A stretch of 64,000 bases of DNA from the UHGV virus genome UHGV-0468246; one strand, given 5' to 3'. The notes beneath the pieces were generated by a model. It ran no database searches. It was not told the DNA's origin and saw only the letters and a program-made list of their open reading frames with translations. The stretch comes from a virus. Within the stretch, counting starts at the first letter, position 1; each line of letters begins with the position of its first letter. Shown piece by piece: positions 25,415 to 33,987 of this stretch. The position numbers and the translations under genes were made by a program.

Positions 25415-26118
25415 TCACCCTTCGCATGCCCCTCCTATCTCCTCCAACGTCCTGCGCTTCATGTTGCCAAGCACCTCCTCCATGGCGACGAGCCGCCGCC
25501 AGCAGTCTGGCAGGTTCTCCTTGATCGCGCGCAGTTCCTTCTGGTTCTTGTTCTTGCAGCACCAGCACGACACCCTGTCCAAGATGTCGTACAGGCGCAC
25601 GCCGTCCTGCTCCCACTCATGGCCGTGGGCGTAGCACGCGGCGAGGCAGTCGGCCTCGCGCATGCCCCAGTCAGCGAGCGGGAAGCGCTTGTAGGGCTTG
25701 CGCTCCTTTTCGAGGCGCGCCGTCTCGTCTGCGGCTATGCCGACGTACACGGTCGCCCCCCCCAGCTCCCTCTCCGCATGGCGGTCTATCGCCCGCAGCT
25801 TCTCGGTCGTGCCCCAGCGGCACGGGCCGCCGCACCAGCCGTAGCCGTGCTTGTGGACTTCGCCGGTCTTCCGGCTTTTGACCGGGCGGCAGAACATGCT
25901 CCACCAGAACGGGTCTTTGGGGCGCAGCTCGACGTAGCGGATGCCGTTCTCGCGCAGCAGCGGCAGCATGCGGTCGCGCTCGGCGTAGATCGCGTCGAAC
26001 TCCATGCCCGTGTCGTAGAAGACAACCTCGTCGAGCGGCATGCCGCGCTCGATCAGGCCGTGCAGCATGGCGAGGCTGTCCTTGCCCCAGCTGACGCTTG
26101 CGATGCAGCGCTTCATGG
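25415..26118 (-). CDS. PAPS reductase / PP-loop ATP pyrophosphatase family protein (~234 aa)
   Basis: Probable start MKRCIASVSWGKDSLAM. The SWGKDS motif matches the PP-loop SGGKDS, followed by a CWCC cysteine cluster. An internal G8 tract (plus C8 at 25756-25763) encodes LGGAT. Confidence 0.65.
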
Positions 26119-26279
26119 CTACCCTTCCCTCTCGTCGGCGCGCCTGCGCCTCGCGGCCCTCTTGTCCTGCTCGGCCTTGCACTCCGGGCCGCAGTATTTC
26201 TGGTTGCGGGAGTTCTTCGCGAACGTCCTCCCGCACACCGGGCACGTCCCCGTGCCGCGCGCCTTCCAACCGGTCATCC
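26119..26279 (-). CDS. Small zinc-ribbon protein (~53 aa, MTGWKARGTGTCPVCGR...)
   Basis: C-terminal part of the track ORF 26119..26559. Confidence 0.35.
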
Positions 26280-26657
26280 CTCGCTCCTCTCCCTCGGCAT
26301 CCCTCCACGGTAAAGCCCCGCCTCCTTCAGTCGGCGCAGGGCGAGCCGCTGCCTCGCGTTGCACCGCCCTAGGGCGCAGTCGTTCCACACGGCCACGCAC
26401 CGGGTCATCTCGCACAGAGCGTCCATGCACCCGCAGGCGGGCAGCACGTCCCACGCCTGACCCTGCTCGACGAAGCCGCGCAGGCGCATCAGCTTGCGGA
26501 CGAGCCATTCCTGATGCGACGGGACGGCGTAGTGCGGCGTTCCTCCCTCGTCGATGCACACCTCCAAGTAGTTCACGAAGGTCGCCTTGTGCGTCTCGAT
26601 GTCGAAGGGGGAGCGCAGCACGCGCTGCTGCTCCGACGCTCCGGGGAGGCTACTCAT
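26274..26657 (-). CDS. Hypothetical protein (127 aa)
   Basis: ORF. Confidence 0.45.
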   Translation of the reverse strand: MSSLPGASEQQRVLRSPFDIETHKATFVNYLEVCIDEGGTPHYAVPSHQEWLVRKLMRLRGFVEQGQAWDVLPACGCMDALCEMTRCVAVWNDCALGRCNARQRLALRRLKEAGLYRGGMPRERSEG

Positions 26658-27075
26658 CGTCCGTCTCCGTGGTCATCCAGTCCTCGACGCTGCCAAGCTC
26701 GTCTGCGGCGCACAGGATGCGCGCGAAGGGGTACTCCGGCACCTCCATGTCGCCAGCCGCCTCCAAGCCGATCACGTCGTTCAGGAGGTCGTTCGCCTCC
26801 GTGACGGCGGCGCGCCAGTCCTTCTGCGCATCGACGCTCCCGTAGGTCGCCTCGAAGATGTCGGGCTTCACGGGGTACAGCTCCCCCTTGATGCCCTTCA
26901 CGATGTAGTCGCCCTTGCGCGCCGTCATGCTCCCTTCGAGCGTGCGCACCTTCGCCTCGCCGTCCGGGGTCAGGCGCAGAACGCCGCTCTCGAACGCGAC
27001 GTGCCCCCACTCCGGGGTCGCCTCCTCGCCGTAGCGCCACGCCTCGATCTCCAACGGCTTCTTCCTGTACCTCAT
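26650..27075 (-). CDS. Hypothetical protein (~141 aa, MRYRKKPLEIEAWRYG...)
   Basis: ORF. Confidence 0.4.
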   Translation of the reverse strand: MRYRKKPLEIEAWRYGEEATPEWGHVAFESGVLRLTPDGEAKVRTLEGSMTARKGDYIVKGIKGELYPVKPDIFEATYGSVDAQKDWRAAVTEANDLLNDVIGLEAAGDMEVPEYPFARILCAADELGSVEDWMTTETDDE

Positions 27076-27323
27076 CGCCCCTCCTCGTTTTCGCACTCGT
27101 CGCATCTGTCGCTCGTCGGCTCGTAGTCTCTTATCCCCAAGTCGAGCCAGTCGCGCAAGATGCGCAGCTTGCGCGTGTCGGGTTCCTCGGGGATGACGGC
27201 CTCGTAGCGGCCTCTCTCGTCTTCCAGCTCAATTCTCGGCATGTCGGCGCTCCTCTCAATCAGTCTCGTACCGCTTGATGTCCTCGCGCCAGCGCAGCTC
27301 GTCTCCGAACCCAACGCCTTCAA
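27072..27323 (-). CDS. Hypothetical protein (83 aa)
   Basis: ORF. Confidence 0.35.
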   Translation of the reverse strand: MKALGSETSCAGARTSSGTRLIERSADMPRIELEDERGRYEAVIPEEPDTRKLRILRDWLDLGIRDYEPTSDRCDECENEEGR

Positions 27324-27477
27324 GCTCGCCCGTGGAGACCACGCGCCCCTCGTCGTCCAGAGGGTACAGCGCCGTGTTGCCGTCGAACAGCGACACGACG
27401 GCTATGCGGTGCTTCAGCGTGAGGGCGGTCAGGTCTTCGAGGAACGCCGCAGCGTCCCTCGCGTCAGTCGTCCCCAT
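27256..27477 (-). CDS. Hypothetical protein (73 aa)
   Basis: ORF. Confidence 0.35.
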   Translation of the reverse strand: MGTTDARDAAAFLEDLTALTLKHRIAVVSLFDGNTALYPLDDEGRVVSTGELEGVGFGDELRWREDIKRYETD

Positions 27478-27757
27478 CGCAGCCGCCCTTCGGCTCGTCG
27501 AGCGCGGCCTGCGCGTCGCGCAGAGCGTCGGCGACCATGCGCCCCATGCGCCTAGCCCAGCAGAACAGCAGGAAGGCGCACAGCACGAGGAACGAGGCGT
27601 AGCACAGGAAGCCCCATGCCGCCCCGAACATCACGCCAGCGCCTATGGAGCCTACCAGCCCCGCAGCTCCGAACAGCAGGCCTCCCAGCAGCCACGAGCA
27701 GCCGATCAGCGCGTCCCCGTCCTTGTCGCTCTTGCTCACGTCGAACTCCATCCTCAT
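27464..27757 (-). CDS. Small membrane protein (97 aa, two predicted transmembrane segments)
   Basis: Two hydrophobic stretches: LIGCSWLLGGLLFGAAGLVGSIGAGVMFGAAWGFLCYASFLVLCAFLLF. Confidence 0.45.
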   Translation of the reverse strand: MRMEFDVSKSDKDGDALIGCSWLLGGLLFGAAGLVGSIGAGVMFGAAWGFLCYASFLVLCAFLLFCWARRMGRMVADALRDAQAALDEPKGGCDGDD

Positions 27758-28221
27758 CGCTCGCCCTCCGGCTCCGTCGGAAGCTCAATCCACCTCTTGC
27801 AGTTCTCCACGTTCTGGGAGAACGACAGCAGCACGTCGTCCCAGCCCTCCCCGTCGGGCGGAGGGCCGAAGCTGCAAGACACCCCGGTCTCGTGCCTCTC
27901 CCCCGTGATCGTCATGACGTAGGACAGGCGCGGCTCCTCCGCCCCGTCGCGCTTCAGCACGTCGAAGGCGTACTCGATGCCTATGGGCGTTCCAAGCCTC
28001 GCCTCCTCGCGCACCTTGGCGCGCATGCGCTCGACGACGGCCACGAACTCGTCCGGCACCCCCGCCTCGCGCATCTCCTTCTTCCACGCCCTCGGCCCCG
28101 GCTCAACGCCGGGGACGTACCGCTGCATGCTGACCGGCCCTTCCATCACAGCCCCTTCCTGTGCTCGTCGTCGAGGCGCGCGTACTCCCTGCGCTCCTTC
28201 TGCGTCGATGCGCGCAGGCAC
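27754..28221 (-). CDS. Hypothetical protein (155 aa or shorter)
   Basis: ORF. Confidence 0.4.
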   Translation of the reverse strand: MPARIDAEGAQGVRAPRRRAQEGAVMEGPVSMQRYVPGVEPGPRAWKKEMREAGVPDEFVAVVERMRAKVREEARLGTPIGIEYAFDVLKRDGAEEPRLSYVMTITGERHETGVSCSFGPPPDGEGWDDVLLSFSQNVENCKRWIELPTEPEGER

Positions 28222-28493
28222 GCCTCGGCCTCCTCGTCCGACACGTCGAGGCCGATGCCGTCGGGCGTGCGGAGCACGATGCGGCGCAGCCCGTTCTTCA
28301 ACGTGTACTTCATGTAGACCTTGACCGGCGTTCCCTCCGGCGTGACCACGGGCGCGCCGTCCTCCCCGTAGGTGGTCAGGTCGCAGTCGAGGGCGTAGAC
28401 GCTCCCCATGCGCTTAGTCATCGGCCCCTCCGATCTCCGCGTAGCAGCCGGGCCGCCAGCGCTCGCCCTCCACGTCCTCGGGCAGCGGCGCAA
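28146..28493 (-). CDS. Hypothetical protein (115 aa or shorter; likely starts MTKRMGSVYALD)
   Basis: ORF. Confidence 0.4.
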   Translation of the reverse strand: MRRCPRTWRASAGGPAATRRSEGPMTKRMGSVYALDCDLTTYGEDGAPVVTPEGTPVKVYMKYTLKNGLRRIVLRTPDGIGLDVSDEEAEACLRASTQKERREYARLDDEHRKGL

Positions 28494-28908
28494 CGGGGCG
28501 GATGTGCCCGTGCGAGACGTGCAACATGTCGCAGCGGTTGCCCAGCGGCTTCAGCTCCTCCATGGCGCGAAGGGCGCGCCGCACGGTCTCCGGCAGCTTG
28601 CGCGCGTCGTCGCGCACGCCGACCGAGATGCGCAGGGAGCGACCGTCGAACGGCACGCTTTCGTACGGGCAGACGGCCCTGCCGCATGACAGCTGCGCGC
28701 AGAACTCGACCGTCGTGCGCATCTCCTCGCCCTCGATCTCCCCGGACGTGTTGCCGTAAAGAAGGTAGCCGCCGATCTTGCCGTTGCCCTTCGCCTCGCG
28801 CAGCATGTTCGAGCAGCGGCGCACGGCATCGACGCTCTCGTCGTCGTCGATGCCGAACGCCTCCAAGAAGCGCTTGGCCTCCTTCAGCTCCTTGCCGTTG
28901 CCTCTCAC
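28414..28908 (-). CDS. Hypothetical protein (~164 aa, GTG start)
   Basis: AAAGGAG ribosome-binding site plus GTG at 28908, directly downstream of palindrome copy 5 (28924-28939). Confidence 0.45.
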   Translation of the reverse strand: MRGNGKELKEAKRFLEAFGIDDDESVDAVRRCSNMLREAKGNGKIGGYLLYGNTSGEIEGEEMRTTVEFCAQLSCGRAVCPYESVPFDGRSLRISVGVRDDARKLPETVRRALRAMEELKPLGNRCDMLHVSHGHIRPVAPLPEDVEGERWRPGCYAEIGGADD

Positions 28909-28923
28909 TCGCCGTCTCCTTTC

Positions 28924-28939
28924 TCGATTAAATAATCGG
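28924..28939 (-). promoter_or_regulatory. 16-bp palindrome copy 5 (TCGATTAAATAATCGG)
   Basis: Read on the minus strand: CCGATTATTTAATCGAGAAAGGAGACGGCGAGTG. Confidence 0.55.
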
Positions 28940-29120
28940 GCCGTCGTGCTCGCCTTCGTCGGCCACAAGGCACTTGTCGTCCCCCGTCGGCGACGTAGAC
29001 GAGGAACATGGCGCTCGCGCGCAATACCTCCTTCTCGTCCCCGTCGCCCATGCCCGTGATGCTGATCTCCAAAACGGTCTCCTTCCGCTCGGTTTCGCGA
29101 TACGGTCATCTTACCACAAG

Positions 29121-29155
29121 TCTTACACTTTTGTCTTAACTTTTTCTTTTACAAA
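29121..29155 (-). repeat. AT-rich motif copy, minus orientation, with a TGTGGTAAGAT -10-like box at 29108-29118
   Basis: Minus-strand reading GTAAAAGAAAAAGTTAAGACAAAAGTGTAAGACTTGTGGTAAGATGACCG. Confidence 0.55.
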
Positions 29156-29335
29156 CAGCGGAGGGCGCTCCCGTCCGACGGCTGAAGGGCTTCCGGCCTT
29201 TACGCGAGTTCGCCATCTGCGCTCCGATGTCGAGCGAGCCGTCACCGGCAAGGTAGCCATCGCTTTCCAGCGCCGCGTCTTGACCGCATGGGGATACGGG
29301 CGCGTGCGCGTCGCAGCCGTCGGAGAGGAGCGCCC

Positions 29336-29351
29336 TCGATTATTTAATCGG
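29336..29351 (-). promoter_or_regulatory. 16-bp palindrome copy 6 (TCGATTATTTAATCGG)
   Basis: Located downstream of the 29344..29751 gene's stop, so it overlaps that gene's 3' end. Confidence 0.45.
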
Positions 29352-29751
29352 CGTTCGGGCGCTTCGCCACGGCAAGCGACAGAGCGTCCTCCAACAGCCC
29401 CAGCGGCGACCTCCCCGGCCAGCGCTCCGCAACCTTGTCGAGGTTGACAAGGGCCTCCATCACGATGCCGTCGGTCGTGACTATCGCCTGCTGCTGCACG
29501 ACGGGCTGGCCGTCCTCGCCGACCTCGCCCGTCGGGTTCGCCCGCTGGATGCTCTGCACCGTCATGCGGTCGCCTCTGCCCGACAGCGCGCGCCACGCCC
29601 CGTCGAACGCCTCGGCGGGCGCGGTGAGCGACAGCCCGCAACCGACGCACGCGATGCGCGCGAGCGCGTCTCCCCGCACGGAGCGCCCCCAGTCCGTCGC
29701 GTCCGTCATGTCCAGCTTCCCGCCGCACAGCGGGCACCTGCTCTCCTCCAT
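29344..29751 (-). CDS. Lar-family-like zinc-ribbon protein (135 aa)
   Basis: MEESRCPLCGGKLD...IACVGCGLSL...AFDGAWRAL resembles the Lar pattern. Confidence 0.45.
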   Translation of the reverse strand: MEESRCPLCGGKLDMTDATDWGRSVRGDALARIACVGCGLSLTAPAEAFDGAWRALSGRGDRMTVQSIQRANPTGEVGEDGQPVVQQQAIVTTDGIVMEALVNLDKVAERWPGRSPLGLLEDALSLAVAKRPNAD

Positions 29752-29766
29752 CGTCGGTCTCCTCTC

Positions 29767-30165
29767 CTAGTAGTCGTCCCTTACCGCCGCGCAGGCCTTG
29801 CCGACCTTCAGCGCGACCTCCACGGCGCTTCCGCCCGCCTCCTTCTCCGCAGCCTCCGCGCGCATCGAGCGCGCCCACGCCAGCATGTCGGCGCAGAACT
29901 CCGCGCACCGCGCGTCGTCGAACGGCAGCGGCAGCTCGCGGCTGAAGCTGTGGCGGCGCGGCACCGGGTTGGGCAGCCTCACCGACGCTTCCTTCTCCGA
30001 CACCTCGACGAAGCCCTTGCGCAGGCCCGTCTCCCTCGCCGCCTCGCACGCCTTCATCGCCACGTGCGCCAGAGACGGGCTTCCCGCCTCCATCGCGGCC
30101 TCGTACGCGTCGAACGGCTTGTCCTTCGGCTCGAACTCCATCCTTATGGCCCGCGTCACCTTCAT
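29767..30165 (-). CDS. Hypothetical protein (132 aa)
   Basis: ORF. Confidence 0.45.
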   Translation of the reverse strand: MKVTRAIRMEFEPKDKPFDAYEAAMEAGSPSLAHVAMKACEAARETGLRKGFVEVSEKEASVRLPNPVPRRHSFSRELPLPFDDARCAEFCADMLAWARSMRAEAAEKEAGGSAVEVALKVGKACAAVRDDY

Positions 30166-30261
30166 GGCAGCGCCTCCCTTCCACCGGCCCCTGCCGGTAA
30201 GACTGTCTCCGAAACCCCGTTTTCAGGTCTCGACTGCTAATGTGTTTGCCTTAGCGTCCGA

Positions 30262-30660
30262 TCATGCTCCCGTTTCTGCCGATCTATCGACAGGACAGGG
30301 CACGTCGCGGTCGTCCGCGCGGCAGGGTGTCCAGTGCCCTGCGGCGCGCCTCCACTCGCAGTCGGCAAGCTCCTTCGGAACGTCGTCCCACTGCCGCCAG
30401 TCGTCCGGGTCGTGGCGCGCCCAGAACTCCGACAGGTCGTAGTCCGCGCCCTCCGGGAGGTAGGGGAGCATGGGCGCTGGCCCTAAGTACTCCCCTACCA
30501 GCCTCACGGCGCGCTGGCACATGTCCGCCGCTCCCTTGGCGTAGGCCGCCCGCACCTCGTCGCGCGTCTCGTGGTACTGCTCCCGCTGGCGCATGAGGTG
30601 GTACTGAACCGTCATCGCGTCGCGCACCGTCGCCGCCGTCTGCCTCTGCTTCTTTCCCAT
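30262..30660 (-). CDS. Hypothetical protein (132 aa)
   Basis: ORF. Confidence 0.45.
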   Translation of the reverse strand: MGKKQRQTAATVRDAMTVQYHLMRQREQYHETRDEVRAAYAKGAADMCQRAVRLVGEYLGPAPMLPYLPEGADYDLSEFWARHDPDDWRQWDDVPKELADCEWRRAAGHWTPCRADDRDVPCPVDRSAETGA

Positions 30661-30672
30661 CGTCGTTTCCCT

Positions 30673-31116
30673 TCACCATCGTATTCCGTGCGCCGCGCGG
30701 CGCTTCAGCTCGCCCTCGAACACCGCTTTCAACGCTTCATGCCATGTGCCGAACGACGCGTACCATCCTCCGATGTGCTCCGACGGCGGCTCCTTCGGCA
30801 GCTCCATGATCTCGCCCAGCAGCCAATCGGAGGACGGGAGCCTTTTGAGCAGGTCGAGTATCGTCGAGCGGCCCATCATGGTCACGGGCTGGTAGCCGCC
30901 CTTCCATACCTCCCATTCCGACACCCCTCCGTCGCGCCTGAAGAACCGGTCGAAGCGCTCCTTCGTTCCGGGGCTTCCGCGCCGTCGGCGGGCATGCGGC
31001 AGTCCGTGCGCCGGTCGATTGCCGGAGTTGGTGCGAACGCCGAGCGACGCTATGCGGTCGAGCACGCGTTCGTCGCGGTCGATCATGTCGTCGATGAAGT
31101 CGTCTGCCATGCTCAT
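30673..31116 (-). CDS. Hypothetical protein (147 aa) with a G9 Shine-Dalgarno-like tract directly upstream
   Basis: ATG at 31116. The G9 (plus C9 at 31122-31130) lies between the stop of the upstream gene (31130) and this ATG. Confidence 0.5.
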   Translation of the reverse strand: MSMADDFIDDMIDRDERVLDRIASLGVRTNSGNRPAHGLPHARRRRGSPGTKERFDRFFRRDGGVSEWEVWKGGYQPVTMMGRSTILDLLKRLPSSDWLLGEIMELPKEPPSEHIGGWYASFGTWHEALKAVFEGELKRRAAHGIRW

Positions 31117-31129
31117 GTCTGCCCCCCCC

Positions 31130-31315
31130 CTACTCGAACGCAGCGTCGCGGGCAGCGTCCACCATGTCGTCGTAGTACATGGCCTCGCGCTCCTCGAACC
31201 GCTCCCAGTACGCGCTCGCCTCGGCCTCGTACTCCTCGTAGGTGTCGAAGTCCTCCGGGTCTGGCTGGTTCTCCTCGGCCCTCATGCGGGCGTAGGCTGC
31301 TGTGAGGTTCGCCAT
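31130..31315 (-). CDS. Hypothetical acidic protein (61 aa)
   Basis: ATG at 31315, preceded by GAAGGAGCAAAGACC and palindrome copy 7. Confidence 0.45.
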   Translation of the reverse strand: MANLTAAYARMRAEENQPDPEDFDTYEEYEAEASAYWERFEEREAMYYDDMVDAARDAAFE

Positions 31316-31330
31316 GGTCTTTGCTCCTTC

Positions 31331-31346
31331 TCGATTATTTTATCGA
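31331..31346 (-). promoter_or_regulatory. 16-bp palindrome copy 7 (TCGATAAAATAATCGA on minus). The 35-nt cassette is near-identical to copy 1.
   Basis: Read on the minus strand: TTGTGATAGTCTGTTCCCAGTCGATAAAATAATCGAGAAGGAGCAAAGACCATG. Confidence 0.6.
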
Positions 31347-31375
31347 CTGGGAACAGACTATCACAAATATGCGAT

Positions 31376-31410
31376 TGTTAAAAGAAGAATTAAGAAAAAA
31401 ACTAAGGTTT
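31376..31410 (+). repeat. AT-rich motif copy, plus orientation
   Basis: GTTAAAAGAAGAATTAAGAAAAAAACTAAGG. Confidence 0.5.
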
Positions 31411-31771
31411 ATAGATTCTGCACGGCTTCGTGCATGGCCTGCTCCATGTCGGAATGCCCCCATACGACGAGCTGCCCCGCGCTGTCTAGGAACAAGATCG
31501 CCTCTTGGCAGCGGTCGGGAAGATGCTCCATGAGGCGCTGCACTGCCTGCCATCCTCCGCGTGCGAGCGCGTCGCGCACGGCCATGTCTATGTCTCGCTG
31601 CTCTAGCACGCCGTCTATCAGGTGGTCTAGCCCTTCGTGCTTCAGCGCCTCCCACATGCCGAACGCGTCGCCCTCCTCCTCGGCGATTCTCTCGACGGCG
31701 CGCACCGCCGCTCGGCGCTCCTCTGCGGCGAGCATGTTGTTCCTCTGCACGTGCGTCAGCCCCGCAGCCAT
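31409..31771 (-). CDS. Hypothetical protein (120 aa)
   Basis: ORF. Confidence 0.45.
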   Translation of the reverse strand: MAAGLTHVQRNNMLAAEERRAAVRAVERIAEEEGDAFGMWEALKHEGLDHLIDGVLEQRDIDMAVRDALARGGWQAVQRLMEHLPDRCQEAILFLDSAGQLVVWGHSDMEQAMHEAVQNL

Positions 31772-31814
31772 GCCGCGCCTCCTCGTTCGGAAGCGCCCAT
31801 GGCGCGGGGCTGCT

Positions 31815-31845
31815 TGTAAGACAAGAGTAAAGAAATGAAGTGCGT
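31815..31845 (+). repeat. AT-rich motif copy, plus orientation
   Basis: GTAAGACAAGAGTAAAGAAATGAAG. Confidence 0.45.
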
Positions 31846-31858
31846 CATTGTAAGAGCC

Positions 31859-32080
31859 TTACTTGTCGGGGTATCCCATGCCGTCGGGGTAGAACACCTT
31901 GCACATGTTGCCGGTGCCGGTCACCTCGACCGGGTGGTTCCTCTCCTCGACGATCTCGCGTGCGCGCTCGAAGGCCGCATCCCAGTCGTCGAACTCCCCT
32001 CCGTCGCCGAAAGGCGGAAAGCCGATCTCCTGCGCGATCTGGATGAAGCCCTTGGGGTAGTGGAACGATGCGAACACCAT
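31859..32080 (-). CDS. Hypothetical protein (73 aa)
   Basis: ORF. Confidence 0.4.
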   Translation of the reverse strand: MVFASFHYPKGFIQIAQEIGFPPFGDGGEFDDWDAAFERAREIVEERNHPVEVTGTGNMCKVFYPDGMGYPDK

Positions 32081-32093
32081 TGTCCGTTCGCGG

Positions 32094-32426
32094 CTAGGCC
32101 GTTGCCTTCGCCGCTTCCCCCTTCCCGGCCTTCGGAAGCGTCACCAGAGCCAGCGCCTCGTCCTGCCGGATGCTCACCTTCACGTCGATGCCCAGAGCCT
32201 CGGCGGCGGCGTTCAGGCGGTACCGGAAGGTGTGCCAGTTCTCGCGCTCCTTGTCGTCGGCCATGGGAATCTTCACGGCCTCCGCGCCCTGCTTCATCGC
32301 GATCTGGTAGGCCTCTATGATCTTCAGCACGCGCTCGCTGCGCTTCTTGCCGCGACCGTCCCCCTTGTTGACGCACTCCTCCTTGTCGAAGACAAGCTCA
32401 AAGTCAGCAGTCATCTTTTCCTCCAT
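32094..32426 (-). CDS. Hypothetical Lys-rich protein (110 aa)
   Basis: ORF. Confidence 0.4.
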   Translation of the reverse strand: MEEKMTADFELVFDKEECVNKGDGRGKKRSERVLKIIEAYQIAMKQGAEAVKIPMADDKERENWHTFRYRLNAAAEALGIDVKVSIRQDEALALVTLPKAGKGEAAKATA

Positions 32427-32494
32427 CGTTTTTCATAGTCCGTCGTTCTCGCAAGGTGGATTGCCTTTGACAGCATACCACTTCCCCGTGCTTT

Positions 32495-32527
32495 TGTAAA
32501 ATAAGAAATTAAGAGAACAGTTAAGAC
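32495..32527 (+). repeat. AT-rich motif copy, plus orientation
   Basis: GTAAAATAAGAAATTAAGAGAACAGTTAAGAC. Confidence 0.45.
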
Positions 32528-33169
32528 TTCCGTTCCGCCATCCGTTCCAGCTCGGCCATGCGCATGCGCCGGTCGTAGATGCGCTCGACGCGCCGCACCA
32601 TAGCGTCCATCCTGTCCACCAAGTCCTTGGCCTTCTTCCAGTAGTGCGAGCAGAACTGCGCGCGCCAGCGCTCACGCTGCGCCATGAGCGTGGCCGTGGC
32701 GGCCCTTGCGTCCACCGTGCCGGAAAGCGGCTCGTTGTACGCCTTGCTGTACACCTCGTTGTAGAACATGGTGGCGTAGGCGGCCTCGGCCTGCGCGTTG
32801 ATCGACTGCTGGCTGTCGAACACGATGTACTGCGTCGCCGCAAGCACGAACTCCTCCATGTCCTTCAGCGTGAGCTGCGTCCAGTCCTCGACGTAGCTGC
32901 CGTTCGCGTTGCGCGCGTACCCTCCGCCAGCCGCGACGGGGAGGCGCTGGCGCACCTTGGAGATGAACTGCGCCTCGATCTCGAACAGCTGGGCGTACTC
33001 GCTCGCCAGCCTCTCGTCAGCCGCCTTCAGCAGCATGTCCATCATGCGCCTGTCCTCCGGCTCGAACTTCAAGACGGAATCGAGCGGCATTGATGCCATC
33101 CCCGTCTCGTCGAGCCTCGGCTTCTCGTCCACTATCTCGTCGATGGGCGGCGCTTCCCTCTCCGTCATA
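32521..33169 (-). CDS. Hypothetical protein (~216 aa, MTEREAPPIDEIVD...)
   Basis: Track ORF 32521..33312 trimmed to the first plausible start. Confidence 0.4.
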
Positions 33170-33674
33170 GCATTGCCTCCTTCAGCCCGTCGGTGTCGTA
33201 CATCTGTCCTTTGATTCGCGGGCACTTTATCACGCTCGGCTCGTCGTCGAACGCCGCGTAGGGTATCGACTTGCGACCGAGCGCCGCCATGGTCTCCTCG
33301 AAGCGAACCCACGTCCCTATGGGGACGAGGAACGCCGTGTTGAAGCTGCGCTTGTCGTCCTTGTCGTAGAAGTTGACGGCGACGAAGCCGTGAGCGTCCT
33401 CGTGGAAGCCGTCGAAGTCCACCAGAGCGGCCCTCTGATGCTCCTGTAGGCGGTCTAAGGGCAAAGACCGTGCTGACACCGCCTTTGCCTCAACCAAGGC
33501 CGCAGAAAGGCTCTCCGCCGCTCCGAACACCCAGAAGTCCGCCTCGCTCTCCGAACTCATCGGTCGGTTGCCCGACCAGAACATCTTGTCGCTTATGCGG
33601 TGCGCCCTGAAGCCGCTGCGCTTGAAGCTCGCCAGCAGCTCGCGCTCGAACACCTTACCGTTGTCCCTCGGCAT
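33165..33674 (-). CDS. Hypothetical protein (169 aa)
   Basis: ORF. Confidence 0.45.
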   Translation of the reverse strand: MPRDNGKVFERELLASFKRSGFRAHRISDKMFWSGNRPMSSESEADFWVFGAAESLSAALVEAKAVSARSLPLDRLQEHQRAALVDFDGFHEDAHGFVAVNFYDKDDKRSFNTAFLVPIGTWVRFEETMAALGRKSIPYAAFDDEPSVIKCPRIKGQMYDTDGLKEAML

Positions 33675-33987
33675 CGTCGGTCACCTCCACGTTCAGCCGG
33701 ATGTCCGGGTTCAGCCCTAGATGCCCCATCATCGCCGCCGCGCCGGAGAACTCCGCAAGCGCCAGCCGCATGTTGATGGACGCTTGCAGCAGCGCGTCGG
33801 CATCGGCGCGCTCGAACGCCTGCTGCGCCTCGCGCTGGAACATCTCGGCGTTCGCGGATGCCTCGCCCACGGCGTTGGCGTACGCCTCGTAGACCTCGAC
33901 GACGGGTATGCTCGCGCCCTCGTCCTCCTCCACGATGAACTCGCCGTCACCGTCTATGATTATCACATCGTCGTCGGCGGTTGCCAT
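33655..33987 (-). CDS. Acidic hypothetical protein (~110 aa, MATADDDVIIIDGDGEF...)
   Basis: ORF. Confidence 0.4.
   Translation of the reverse strand: MATADDDVIIIDGDGEFIVEEDEGASIPVVEVYEAYANAVGEASANAEMFQREAQQAFERADADALLQASINMRLALAEFSGAAAMMGHLGLNPDIRLNVEVTDDAEGQR

Noticed and set aside
29123-30184. 353-aa ORF 29123..30184(-) and similar Arg/Gly-rich ORFs such as 14312..15325(-), 16510..18225(+) and 24107..24997(-)
   Set aside because: Compositionally biased translations (Arg/Gly/Ala over 50%) overlapping better-supported genes. GC-rich shadow ORFs.
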